Part shown: positions 36,890 to 48,414 of the stretch, piece after piece
Layout of the letters: each line of letters opens with the position of its first letter
Numbering within the stretch: position 1 is the first letter of the stretch
Assembly: GCA_963575745.1 (NCBI GenBank)
Contig: CAUYUJ010000045.1
Location: 62,001-119,131 of the forward strand
Direction of reading: 5' to 3'
DNA length: 57,131 nucleotides
From: Prorocentrum cordatum
Lineage: Eukaryota
The notes under the pieces: generated by a model
Database searches by the model: none
The model's input: the letters and a program-made list of their open reading frames with translations, nothing else
Told to the model about the DNA's origin: nothing
Made by a program: the position numbers and the translations under genes

Positions 36890-37605
36890 CGATTATGCGA
36901 CAAAGCCCTGGGGGTAGGCCCGAAGTCTGCGCGACCTGAAGATGCCACGCTCATCCTCCCCATGGGCCTTCTCATGGCGGTGTCTGCCGTCACACATCAG
37001 CGCCTGCTCATCGATGCCATCCAGGTTCGAGGCCGAAGTGGTGGGTTTCTTCGACGGGCCACCGTGCATGCACTGATCGATCCTGGTGGCCTGCGCGCCG
37101 CGTCTCTCCAGCATGCCCTTCACCGCCCCCGGGTCCCAGATGCTTGGGCAGGGCCCCTCTCCCGGATCCGTCGGGCGCTCGATCAGAGCCCCCCCCCCCC
37201 CCCCGCATTGCTCCTCCACGTCGCGCAAGGCCAGGTGGTTGAACAGCAGGACGTTCGCCTCCATGACCGTTTCTCGCTCATCTTTCGTCAGATCACCCCT
37301 GCCCAGGGGCCCCGAGCGAAAGCGAAGGGGACGAGGGCCACCTCCCTGAAAGCGAGCCCTGCTCCGCGTTGCGCAGGGCGGGGCACTTATGATGATGTCG
37401 ATTCGGCCTTGTTCGAGCATCCCCAGCAGCATCGCGACCAGGGGGGGGGGGGGGGCGACAGACCCCAGCCGTGGTCGAACGCGAGGTCGACCCCGAAGAA
37501 AAAGAGCGGCACTCCGCACTCAACTGCGAATTCCTCCACATAATGTTGAACGTCCATCTTCCTCCTGCCGCCCGCGAAGGTGCGAAGCACAATGATCACC
37601 CGGTG
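36890..37605 (-). pseudogene. C5 cytosine DNA methyltransferase domain nested within the RT of YR element 3
   Basis: VLRTFAGGRR, SAPPCATRSRAR, LIERP, DQCMHGGPSKKPT, RAYPQG. Frameshift at the G-run 37440-37455. Confidence 0.85.
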
Positions 37606-39024
37606 TCGCTCCTGCTTCAGGTCGCGGACCTTGGCTCGGCATTCTTGTGGCGAGAGCTCTGCCTCCTGGCGCCGCTCGGCTCGGCGCCTGGCCTTCTCCT
37701 TGACCCACTCGACATCCTCCGCGACGGCCTCGTCAGGCAGTTCCAGCTCCTTACCCTTCAGGGGATCCCCCGGGGCAATTGACCTGACCAGCGTCCTGCC
37801 GACCGCCCCCAAATTGATGCGCATCAGGATGTGGACCGCGTGAGATGGCCCCTTCGGCAGCCTGGTGTAGCAAGGGCACGCCAGAGACCACTCCTGAAGC
37901 GAACTCCTCACACCGCCAGGCAGTAGGGGCCACGCGGCTGTTGCGGGGATAGCTCGCGTAGCCATCCACTCCCACATCCACTCTGGCAGGGAAACCGAAG
38001 AGAACGCGTTGCTCTCGTCGCGCCGTGCCATGTATATCTCCATGCCCGGCGCTCACATCATCGCCAGCGCATTCCTTCCGAGGCCATGCTCGCCTCGACG
38101 TCGCACATCGCTCCAGAGAATGTTGGTCGGTGCCGCCATGGTAAGTTTTCTCAACTTATAACCATCCTTCGCCAACGCAGCCGAAACTCCATTTATAGTC
38201 ATCACTTCGCTCTTCGGCTTGAACATCCACAGTCCTGGGGGAAGATCCCCACGGTGTAGATAGGATATCCACTGATCCATTTGACCACCGAAGAAACCGC
38301 ACCGTCTCGCCAACTCCCCCGCGTGCTGCATGGACTTGCCCGTCATCTCGATCACGTTTTCCTCTTTCGCGTAGTGCGCCGCCTCGTCCTCCGGCAGCGC
38401 CTCGAGAAGCGGGACCTCCTTCATCGTCGTGACCTCGTCCACCCTGTCCGCCGCAAGCTCCGCGTGGACGTCTCTCCTGCGCACTCTCCTGTAGCCTAGC
38501 TGGTCTAATTTCAATAGCTCACGCGTCGCTTGTGCGCCTGTCACTGGATGCAGTCGGCGAACATAGAGCTGGTCCTTAGCGCGCTGGATAGCCCGCGCCT
38601 GGACCCGCCCGACAACAGAATTAGTCGTCATATCACAAGAGTATCTCTGCTGCCATGGTGTGGTCTGCTGTTTCATATTGCCCAGGTAGGTCGAGTTGAG
38701 GGCGCTGAGTATTCGATTGGCAACTTTTCTCACCATCTGCTTCCGACGAAGGCGCTGCCTACTTCGACCCGATCGCACTGACACAAGACCTGGTTGTGCA
38801 AGGAGTGGAACTGGAAGAACTGCATCACCGGTGCCGAAAGCAGAGGCCACATCAGAAACTGAAGGGAAACTCGATATGTGGCTCGACTTCGCTTCTTCAC
38901 TCGGCTTCTCTGGTTTAGCAACCCATCTCTCAGTCTCCGAGGTCGGCACCCTCTGGCCCTCGAAACCCCGACGGGTGTGGAGACTGAGCAGTGCGTGCCT
39001 GGTGGAGCCCCCACAGGTCGGCAC
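37606..39024 (-). pseudogene. N-terminal pol / first RT half of YR element 3
   Basis: LPVPL, NGVSAALAKDGYKLRKL..N, DESNAFSSV, RLPKGPSHAVHILM. Confidence 0.85.
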
Positions 39025-39179
39025 CCTCTGGTCTCTGGTGCCCCGTCAGGTGAGAGGACTGAGCAGCGCGTGCCTGGGTGGTCGTCTCTCACATCCTCGT
39101 TCTGGTGCTGTCGCTGCTCTCCGCGAGCGTTCAGTTGCCCCTTGCCTCGCGACTCCTGGCAGAGGGCCCTCGGGAGATG

Positions 39180-40668
39180 TCAGCCCCCCGAGCCGCTCTT
39201 CGGTGCTCCTCGTCCGCGGCCCTTGTCTCCCTTATCCTTGCCGCTCTGCCGTCGTCGTAGTTCCGAAGCAACCCGTTCCGCTCGCTGGCGTTCCATATTG
39301 CTGTGCGTCGTCGCCTCCGCGATGAGCCAGCCTGGCGCGATGTCCACTCCACTTCCTGGGGCTGCGACTGCTCGTAGTCTAGCCGCCCCTGCCTTGCCGT
39401 GCGCCCTCGACTCGTACACAAACGCCGGCAGATGTCGCAGCCCGATCTCCACGTTGTCGTTCGCGTTGAGGCATATCATCAAGTCCTGATCCGACGCGCG
39501 CTTCCCCAGCTCGAAGTCTAAAGTCGCCGCTGTACTCCACAGGGGCTGCCACTGCTCCCCTCCTCGATACCCCTGGAACTGTTGCTGAAGCCAATGTCGA
39601 ATGCTCGTGCTGCCTGCTGCCCGCATGTTCCGATAGATCTCCATCCCCGCCCGCTTGAAGTCTGGCGGCAGCGAGTGGGCCCAGGAGTCGACCTCCGCTC
39701 CGCCTGCCGCCGCGGCGGGCGCCCCGAACGCGCCGTCGAAGGAGGCCGTCGCCCCCGAACTCTCGAACCCCGCGAGGACTGCCTCCAAGGTCTTCACGTC
39801 GGGCGGCGAGAGCGCGCCTTCTCCCACGCATCCTCGCGCTGCGAGGGCCGCCCGCACCGCGGGGCCCAAGGTCCCCGCCTTCTCGAGCTCGGACACGCGG
39901 TGCCAGAACCTGCGACCCCACCACGGGTCTGAGCTTGCCCCGGCGCGCAGCCTCATCAGCACCTCCTTGAGCCCCTTCGCACATGTCGCCGCCGACGTCG
40001 AGGCCTGCACGCCAGGCCCTCCCGGGCCCATCGCGGGCGCTCCTGCTGCAGGGGGGCTCGCCGCGGCCGCGGCCGCCGCGAGGGGGGCAGCAGCTGCCGC
40101 TGGCGGCGCTGCCATGCCGCGCGGGGCCGCAGACCACGCCGGCGGGCCCGCGTCGCCCCCCCCCTCCCCCCCGCACTGAAGGCGTGGAACGCGCCCACGG
40201 CGGGGCCCACGCTGGGGGCGGGGGGGGGGTGGGGGGGCGCGCCGAAGCCACAGGCTGAGCCACTCCAGGCGGACGCGCGCTGGGCAGTGGGAGCGCAGGG
40301 GGCCCAGGCGCGCCGCCGCTTCCCCCTGCGGCAGCGCCGTCAGTCCCCGCCGTGCCCAGCGCCATGCTCGCCAGCTGGGCTCGGAGGGCGCCCGCCTCGG
40401 CCTGCTGCCCTGGCGCCGCGCGCCACCGGCCTCGCACCTTCAGCGCGGCCAGCCAGAGGCCTGCCCGCAGGGCAAGGGCTCCGCCAAGGCCCAGTCGCAT
40501 CAGGCTGCCGCGGCCAGTCTCAGCGCGCCCTGCCGCCAGGGCGACCAGCAGCCCGAGGAGGTCCAACGCCCGCGGCGCGATCCACTCGTAGAAGGTCGAG
40601 ACGTGGCCTGCCTCGCGGCCTGCGGCGCTCTCGGCGCTGCCCGCCTCCGAGGGCGGCGGAGGGGCCAT
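39180..40668 (-). pseudogene. Gag-like ORF of YR element 3 with a hydrophobic N-terminal part (frameshift in G-runs near 40160-40240)
   Basis: ATG at 40668 just inside A1. Protein-like 39180-40115 segment (LPPDFKRAG..EIYR, DIAPGWLI) with a KGKG-type tail, positioned before pol. Confidence 0.65.
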
Positions 40669-40767
40669 CAGCGCGCGGCGGGCATCGGTGACCTCCCTGG
40701 CTGGTCGCCGCGCGATCGGCCCCTTAGGCCGCCATCGTCACGGTTGACCCGAATAGCTGCAGAGGCG

Positions 40768-40844
40768 CGCTTGCTGTTGGAGAGCATGGCTGGACCAACG
40801 CTATACATTAATACCCGCTCGAAAACTCTCACTTCATCATAATG
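40768..40844 (-). repeat. Split direct repeat A1 of YR element 3
   Basis: CGCTTGCTGTTGGAGAGCAT..TACATTAATACCCG..TCATCATAATG matches the array units. Confidence 0.93.
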
Positions 40845-40875
40845 CATAGCATTTATAACTGTATGCATTATGTAC

Positions 40876-40877
<2 letters not shown>

Positions 40878-40910
<33 letters not shown>
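40878..40910. repeat. (TA)n microsatellite between YR element 3 and the LINE
   Basis: Directly visible. Confidence 0.95.
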
Positions 40911-40911
<1 letters not shown>

Positions 40912-41011
40912 CCGCCATACTGGTTTAGACCATCGGCCAGGCGGCCAAAGCTGTGCCCATGCGGCACGCCCGACCAACCTACCAAGGCTTTCAAAAAAGC
41001 TGCAGGTGGCC

Positions 41012-44000
41012 ATGCGGGCGATGAGGACCGCCTTGCTGGCGGCGATCACCCAGGGCGTGGCGGCGCAGACGGCGGAGACCGAGGCTGTGCCTGTGCGCAG
41101 GGCCTCGTGGAGGTTTCTGCACTACAACCCGCTGTCGGCGCGAGAGACGGAGAGGTTGGACGACATAGAGACCGCCTGCGAGGGCTACGACTTCGTCGGC
41201 CTGATAGGCACACAGCGTCGGTGCGACCTACCACTTCAGCAACAGAGAGCTGGAGAGCGATGGCGCATAGAGAGTGGATGGAAAAGAGCCAGCTACAGCA
41301 ACAAGTCTGCAGGTGTGCTCTTCAGTTTCGGCAACAAATTCAAACCTCGACACTTACGACGGGCGATGGCGGCACCAGAACAGTGCGCAGGACGGGGCCT
41401 AGCAGTGCGACTGGCATCAAAACAGTTCGACTTCACGCTGATAGGCCTCTATGTGCCGCCACGACCGACCAAGCTGGAAACCCGATCGACATATGCAGGT
41501 TGACATGCTGATGGATTGGGCAGAAAGTCTTACAACAGACCCCGACCTCAATCCCCCATCCATATGCTTAGACCTCAATGACGGGCATGGGCCAGACGGT
41601 CACGGAGAACGGCAAGGGGACGGAGTTCAGGGACAGCACGGCTATCCACCGCCCAGGGTCGCGACGAGAACACTATGCTGGACGCAGATTTCGGGAGATT
41701 CTGGAAGGACACCACATGGTGGCCACGACGATGCAGAAGGCCGACGACACCTGGTACGGTAACTGCGACAACTCGTCGCTCGTGGACTACATATGCATAC
41801 CGACGGCGCTGGAGAAGTGGGAGACAAGCTGCGGACCGTTGGCGAGGCTTGGTAGAGCAATGCAAAAGATACCGAGCAAACAGCGACGAGATCACTTGCC
41901 AGTACATGTTAACCTTTGCATGCCCTCCATCAGCGAGCAGCGCAAGCAGGACAACTCACCAAAGTGGAATGCGGAAGCCATGATGCAGGCGTACGTGGGC
42001 ATGGACATGGAGCGCAAGCGGGCCTTCGTTGAGGACATGGAGGCCACGCTTGATCAGAACTGGGACGAGCTGCTGGACTTGGCCAATCGTACGTCGGCGG
42101 ATTACCTCTTCGAAAAGACGGAGCAGTTATTAATTGAAGTTGGACAACAATATTTCTCACGGGAACCTGAGCGAGATGAACGATACCAAGCCCTAAGGGA
42201 GAGGCGCATGATCTTACTCAAAGCACGACGAGGCTTTCGACTTCGGCACGATGAAAGCTCGGAAATGGAAGAACACGAAGTGGTGGAGGGACTCAAGAAA
42301 CTTTCGGCTTACATGAAGAAGGAGCGAGAAATTGAATGGAAAGCTTATCAGGAGGATCTGCTGGACCAGATATGGGCACATTGGCGCGTTCGTAATATGG
42401 CAGAAGTACACAGACTTACACGGAGAGCGGCGAACACCAAGTACGGCGTCAAAAAGAGGCATTTCCTGACGGTAAAGGCCCTGGGACTTACAGCAGACAA
42501 ATGGGCAGAACACTGGACACGGGCGGGACCAGACGGAGGCATGCAGGCGACACTGATGCACGACTGGGATCATTGGCGCAGCGAGCGACAACCTCAGGGT
42601 GCCGAGCCAGCAGTACTGGACGAACACCTTCGACGGGCAGCGGTTCGGGATCTTCGGCGGCTGGAGCGTTGGGTGAAAAGGGCCCCAAAAAGACGGACAC
42701 AACCACCATGGGCAGCCCCCTTGGAGCTCCTGGCCATTCTCTTGAATCCGAATCCTGAGGCTCACCCTCGGCGCCCCTGAAGACCCCGTGAGTGCCCCGC
42801 TTTTCCGAGCTGTTCTGGAGGACGGTCTGCTCAGAATTAGGCAATCTGGTAGGACTCCCAGCTATTGGCACCTTAGCCAGGGAATTACCCTCCCCAAGTC
42901 CAAAGAGGCTCGCACGTCGGGGGGGACAGCAGACGGTACTAGGACGGTTCACCTTTTGGCCCCTTTAGGCAAGGGCTGGTACGCCATACAGAGTGTAGCT
43001 CCCAGGATGCAGGCACAGGTGCACGGTTTTCTAGAGGGCCGCTCAAAGGAGGCGGCGATCACAGTAGCACAATGTACAATGTGGCGTGCGCGCAGACAGG
43101 GACGCACAAGTATTACACACCTTCATGATTTAAGTAATGCCTTCGGCAGCGTCTCCTGGGACGAGTTTGACTCCACTCAGGAAGAACTGATGCTGGAAGA
43201 TTTAGAACAATTCGGACGCCAGAGGTACCACGAAGCAGTGGTCCAGTTGCCAGGCGAGGAAGGCAAGGTGATGTTTCGGATCGGTTGTGGGGCGTTTATG
43301 GGGGACCCTTACGTGGTGCGCTTGTTTCTCCTTGCCTTCCAGAGAGGGGTGAACATCTGGCAACAAAAAATGAAGCAAACTGGCAGCGACGTAGGTAATT
43401 GTATAGCAGAGAGCCCGTTCACCAACAGAGATGTGGATCTTTCGTTGTGCCAATATGCAGATGACTTGTTGAAATCTTTAGTAGCCGAAGACACGGAGTC
43501 TTTGGCATCACTGGCCCAGCGAAGCTTTCTGGAGAACAGCACTCTAGATAGCGCGCTGGAGACAATTAGCTGTAGGCAGAATCGGGACAAACAAGAAATT
43601 ATCCCTGCCTTCGCTGGGTGCGGCTCGACTAACGATGCTCGGGATCTCCGTTCGGGGAGGGTCCGTCTGCCAGCTAAGTTTAAACCTCACGCCCGGTACT
43701 TAGGAGTTCAGTTGCACGCAAACGGTAAGTTCGGGGAAGAGTTTAAAAAACGGCGAAAGGCAGTGGAACAGGCTTATTTTGCACTTGGTAGATTTTGGAG
43801 TTTGAAGCGCACGCCGTGGAAGGTCCGCCGAGGCCTGCTCATCTGCTGTGTACAGCACGCAGCGCTGTCGGGCAACGAGGCCTTTTGCCTCGCGGAGGCC
43901 AACTGGCAGGAGCTAGACAAGCTCGTGGCCAGATTTGCACGCAGGGCGATGCGCGGAGCTGCTCATTCGACCGTGACAACTGCGGAGGGCGAGCAAAAGC

Positions 44001-44850
44001 ACAAACATATGTCGACGTCAGAGGTTCTGAAGTACTGGAGGATGGCCCCGACAAAGCTGGAGGCACGAGTGCGACGACTTAAACGACTCCAGCGAATAGC
44101 GAGTAGGCCCCATCATCACGATCACGAACTCACGGCGATCTTCGGAAAGTACCCTTTCGAAAAGTACTCGACGATTGAGGGGGACGACTTGAAGATGGGG
44201 GACCAGGTCAATCCGTGGGCCAGGAGGGTGAAAGAGGACATCTTGGAGGGGCTGGAGGCGATGGGGGACGACACGATGTGGTTAAAGGAGGAGCTGGAGG
44301 GAGGCTTTCTGAGGCTTTTCAGAGACGCGGACCTCGCTGAGGCTTTTGGGGCCCTCGACTTCTCTCGACTGCGCGAAGGAGCCTATGCGTGTGCGATACC
44401 TCCACCAGGATGGGCTCCCTCCCAGGTCCCTGTCATCGAGGCAACAATAGAGACGGAAAACAAGCAAGAACCGACTTGGGTGTGTGGCTGCAAAAACGAG
44501 GACGAGAGCTTATGCATGGAAACCTTCACTTCATTCAAGTCGGTCAACCAGCATCGATTACAAAAACATGGGCTTCGGGATCCCTGGACTTGTACGGTGA
44601 TAACAAACACCTGCCCCTGGTGCCTGGGAGTGTATGGCTCTGTGGTGGCGGCGCAGAAGCATGTGGCCCTCAGTGTGAAGAGAGGCGGCGTATGCAAGTG
44701 CAGATCCCCCTACCTTGGAGGACGATCACATCCTGATCTGCGCACATGCCACATCTGTAGCCACGAATGCTCGAGCTTTGAGGAGCTCCAGAAGCACCTG
44801 CAGAGCCACGCGCCCCCGCTCGACCTGCTACGACGGGACGAACAACATGG
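41012..44850 (+). pseudogene. LINE polyprotein: apurinic endonuclease, RT, C2H2-type zinc fingers (frameshifts near 41495, 41580 and 42780; frame stays open to 45727)
   Basis: APE: LHYNPLS, GLYVPP, LDLND, VDYI, RDHLPV. RT: VHGFLEGRS, HDLSNAFGSV, MGDP, QYADDL, RYLGV. Fingers: CPWC..HV, CHIC..HLQSH. Confidence 0.92.
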
Positions 44851-45569
44851 AGCTCGAGCCCGCCAATTTCGCGCTGAAGCACAAGCAGGCCGAGGGCGAG
44901 GGCGACGACGCCAGGAGGAAGAAGCAGCAGCGCACCGTCGAGGCGCTGGTCCATGGGAACGGCAAGGACGACAACGTTCTCGGTCGCCTCGTCACTGTCC
45001 TCGCCAGGCTGGCCTTGACCAACGCGGCAGAGCTACGCGACATCGCAGGGATCGTGTTCATCTGCCTACTCCTGCCCATCGACGGCGCCGTCGCGCTGGC
45101 CATGAAGGCCGCAGGGCAGACTTACCACGAGACGGTCCAGGCGCTCAAGTCCAAGAACGACGAGAAGGGCCTCGAAGAGTTGGGCCCAGCGTACGTGCAC
45201 ATCTTCATGGCCATGGTGCTGGGCATCAATCAGGAACCGTGCGAGCAGTGGACGAAGGACCTCATCCTGGCGTTCTGGATGGCACACATCAAGGGCAAGG
45301 GCGCGACGGAGGTGCAAGCAGCAGTACTGCACTGCAAGTGCAGGCCCACGAAGCCCAAGGAGAACAAGAAAGGCATGGTGAAGCTCTCGCTGGCACTCCC
45401 CGCCAAACACTCGGAGGTGCAGGATGCGCTGGTCTCGGAGCTCTGCCGCAGGCAGGGACAGATCAAGAGGGGGCCCGCGCCGCGCGGCCCTCTCGAGCGA
45501 GCGGCGCAGCAGCTACTGGACGAGTTCGAGGGCAACAAGAAGGGCAAGGCGAAGGGCAGCGGACAGTGA
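44847..45569 (+). CDS. Extra intact 240-aa ORF in the 3' part of the LINE, unknown function
   Basis: AACAACATGG start context, sharp rise in GC3, protein-like composition ending GPAPRGPLERAAQQLLDEF..KGKAKG. Confidence 0.7.
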   Translation: MELEPANFALKHKQAEGEGDDARRKKQQRTVEALVHGNGKDDNVLGRLVTVLARLALTNAAELRDIAGIVFICLLLPIDGAVALAMKAAGQTYHETVQALKSKNDEKGLEELGPAYVHIFMAMVLGINQEPCEQWTKDLILAFWMAHIKGKGATEVQAAVLHCKCRPTKPKENKKGMVKLSLALPAKHSEVQDALVSELCRRQGQIKRGPAPRGPLERAAQQLLDEFEGNKKGKAKGSGQ

Positions 45570-46569
45570 AGATGACAGCCAGCCAGGAGAACATCATAGG
45601 CCGCCATTCTCAGCGATTGCTCGACCTAGTCAGACGAAGGCTGGTACCTTTGGAGACAGCTCTTCGCCAGGCCACAGCATCGATGACGGTGGACCCTGTA
45701 CGACGCCGAACCAAGCACTCTCAATGAGACCTCAAATTCCACATGGCTTCGGAGAGAGTGCGCCAGAGTTGAATTAGATATCGCGTGTCTCGGATGTTCA
45801 TCTGAGATTGCCCACCCCCCTCGGCCCGTAATGCGGTCAAAGTCTGGACACTTGCTCTGAGCGGTGTAGCTGTACCTTGGGGGGTGGGCCATGCACGACA
45901 ATTACTTTGACGACTTCGATTGCGACGCTACCGAGGGTGGCGGCTAGCACGAGGACTTGCTGTACTGAGACGCTTCGCGACGCCGACGCCCTGACTTGTA
46001 CGCGGTCGCAGTTTTTGGTCATGTGCGAGTGTTCGCTCCCTTTCTTCCCCTCCTCGCTGGCGGGGTCAATGCCTGGGCGGCGCTAAGGCTTGTGCCACCT
46101 GGTGGTCGACCCTCGGGTCTTGCCCCTTTGGGGGCTCCACCTGGTGATGCAGGCCGAGGCGGCGTCCCAGCGGATTGACCGCGCCTTCCCAACGGGGGGC
46201 GCGGTGCGAGTGGGGACTGCCCGGCGTTGCGCCGTTAGTGACCCTCGCACCGTTGCTCCCCGGGGGGAAAGAAAAGCCTGCCTGCTGAAATCGCCGTTTC
46301 CCCTGAGTGGAGTCACTAATTCAGCGGATTCTTGTTGCCTGTGTGGTGCAGGGCAGCCCCTAAGTCCCCCACCACAGGGCGCCGCAGACTGCCCGAGGGT
46401 ATCCCCCCCGCACATGCAGCTCATCCCTAAACAGTAGGCTCTCAGGGTAAGGTTAGAAAGCCAGCCACTTTATATGATCTTCTAAGGGTGCTGGTCAGAG
46501 TGACCAACACACTCGTTTTTTGATGCGCTGACTTGTGGAACACTGCCCCTCAGAGATTGATTGATTGAT

Positions 46570-46572
<3 letters not shown>

Positions 46573-46608
<36 letters not shown>
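46573..46608. repeat. (TA)n microsatellite
   Basis: Directly visible. Confidence 0.95.
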
Positions 46609-46611
<3 letters not shown>

Positions 46612-47127
46612 GCTCGCCCCCCAACCACACTCTACTTCAATGCTGAAACATGTTCGACTGCCTCGCCCGATGCGGACAGCCCCCCTCAGGAGCACACCCC
46701 TTGCTGATCGCTGCGACGCCGCAGCTGGCGTCGCGAAGGGCGGCGACGGAGGGCGATCGCGCTACTGTTTTCGAAGCTTCCGAAACCGATCGCACTCCCC
46801 CTTGGCGCTGATATGGCATCGCCAAAACCTGCGTCGGCGCAGGCAAATGGCTCGCAACAGCGGCCCCCCTACAGTTAACAGCACAGACGCCAGCGCCCCG
46901 CGATGGCGCCAGCAGTCTGGATCGCCGCCCGCCCGCGGGCGGAACCGATGCTATCCCGAATGTCGCGCTCATTTGTTCAGGTGCCCCAGCATATCCGCGC
47001 GGGTTTCCCCCGCGTGCGTTTTTTCTGTTTGATAAGGGAACCCAAGGCTTCGCGGAATAGGACAAACGCGTTGAAGCCACCGTGATGTGCTCCAATCAAG
47101 AATTGCTCATGCATGTGCCCTGTGCTT

Positions 47128-47239
47128 GCGCGTGCGTGCGTGTGCGTGTCCGTGCGTGTGTGCGTGCGCGCGTGTGTATGTGTGCGTGTGTGTGTGTGTG
47201 TGTGTATGTGTGTGTGTGCGTGTGCGTGTGCGTGTGTGT

Positions 47240-47280
<41 letters not shown>

Positions 47281-47356
47281 CGTGCGCGTGCGTGCGTGAT
47301 TGCGTGCGTGCGTGTGCGTGTGTGTGTGTGTACGTGCGTGTGTGTGTGTGTGTGTC
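47128..47356. repeat. (TG)n/(TGCG)n alternating purine-pyrimidine microsatellite
   Basis: Directly visible. Confidence 0.95.
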
Positions 47357-48414
47357 CGCGCGCACGGGCGTGGGGCGGGCTGCGACCTCGGTCGCTTTGC
47401 CGAAAGAAACCCGGGTCTCGCGACAGACGGACATCACCATTGAGTTCGCAGGGTGTTTTTTTGTTCAGAAATTATGTATGACACATATACGGTTGCATCG
47501 TTTCTGGGCTTTGGGCGGTGCACGTGCGCGGGCGGGCTGCGCACCCGGTCGTTTTGCCGAAAGAAATCAATGTCCCGCGACAGGGGGGCATCATGATTGA
47601 GCTCACGCGTTCTTTTTTCTCCATCGACTACGCATGGCACAAGCCATTCGGCCAGGTTGTTTTTTCGTTTTGTGCGCAGTGTCCGTGCCGCGTTGCTGCG
47701 GGGTGTCCTTCTGGCTGCTGAAAGAGAAAGTGCGCGCGCGCGAATGCGCGCGCGCGTGCGTTTGTGCGCGTGCGCTGATGGTGGAACCCTGGCGGCCTAG
47801 ACGGACGGGCGTGCCCCCCCTGTCTCGCTTGGCCGCAAGAATCCAAGGTCTCGCGGGCGGGGGGGGGGGCGCATCGGACCCAGCGCAACGATGAGGGAGG
47901 GGCGGGAGACAAGCAAGGAGGAATTGAATATTGTGGATCAGGAGAAATGAACAATATTCTAGTACCCGTTGAGCATTGCGCTCGAAGCAGGCGCTGCGCC
48001 TCAATGTGCGCATTAGGCATTACGCCCACGTGGAGAGCGTTGCGCCCAAAGAGAATCAGCGCCACGCTGAAGAAAGCAAGCGTTGCGCCTTAATCGCACC
48101 CCTGCGAATTACGCCCATGCGAAGAGCCTTACGCCCAGCGCTTGAGAGTATTACACTCTTCCTCCTAGAGCATTGCGCTCTTCTTCCCTGCAGCTAAGTG
48201 CCAGAGCATTCCGCCCTTTTGTGCCTTCCCCCCTATCATCCTCATACCACATAGGCATTGCGCCTTTGACTACACCCTGGGTGTCGCACCCATGTTAAGA
48301 GAATGGCGCCCAGAGTTATCATTCTGAGGTTGCCTTCCCTCCTCCGCAGCTGGCATGAGCCCGTTCGAAGATGGCCTGCCTGTGGGCGCTGGCGGGGGGG
48401 ATCCTGTTTCTGCT

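Larger units (their letters stand above)
31833..40844 (-). mobile_element. YR element 3: full-length split-direct-repeat tyrosine-recombinase retrotransposon with a DNMT inside the RT and an extra 3' ORF
   Basis: A1 (40768-40844) matches part of each complete 316-bp unit in 31833-33335. Gag-like, RT, DNMT, RNase H and YR motifs all on the minus strand. Confidence 0.92.
40911..46573 (+). mobile_element. Apparently full-length non-LTR retrotransposon (APE-RT-zinc fingers, extra 3' ORF, (GATT)n tail) inserted in (TA)n
   Basis: (TA)n on both flanks, GATTGATTGATTGATTGAT at 46555-46573, APE and RT motifs. Confidence 0.9.
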
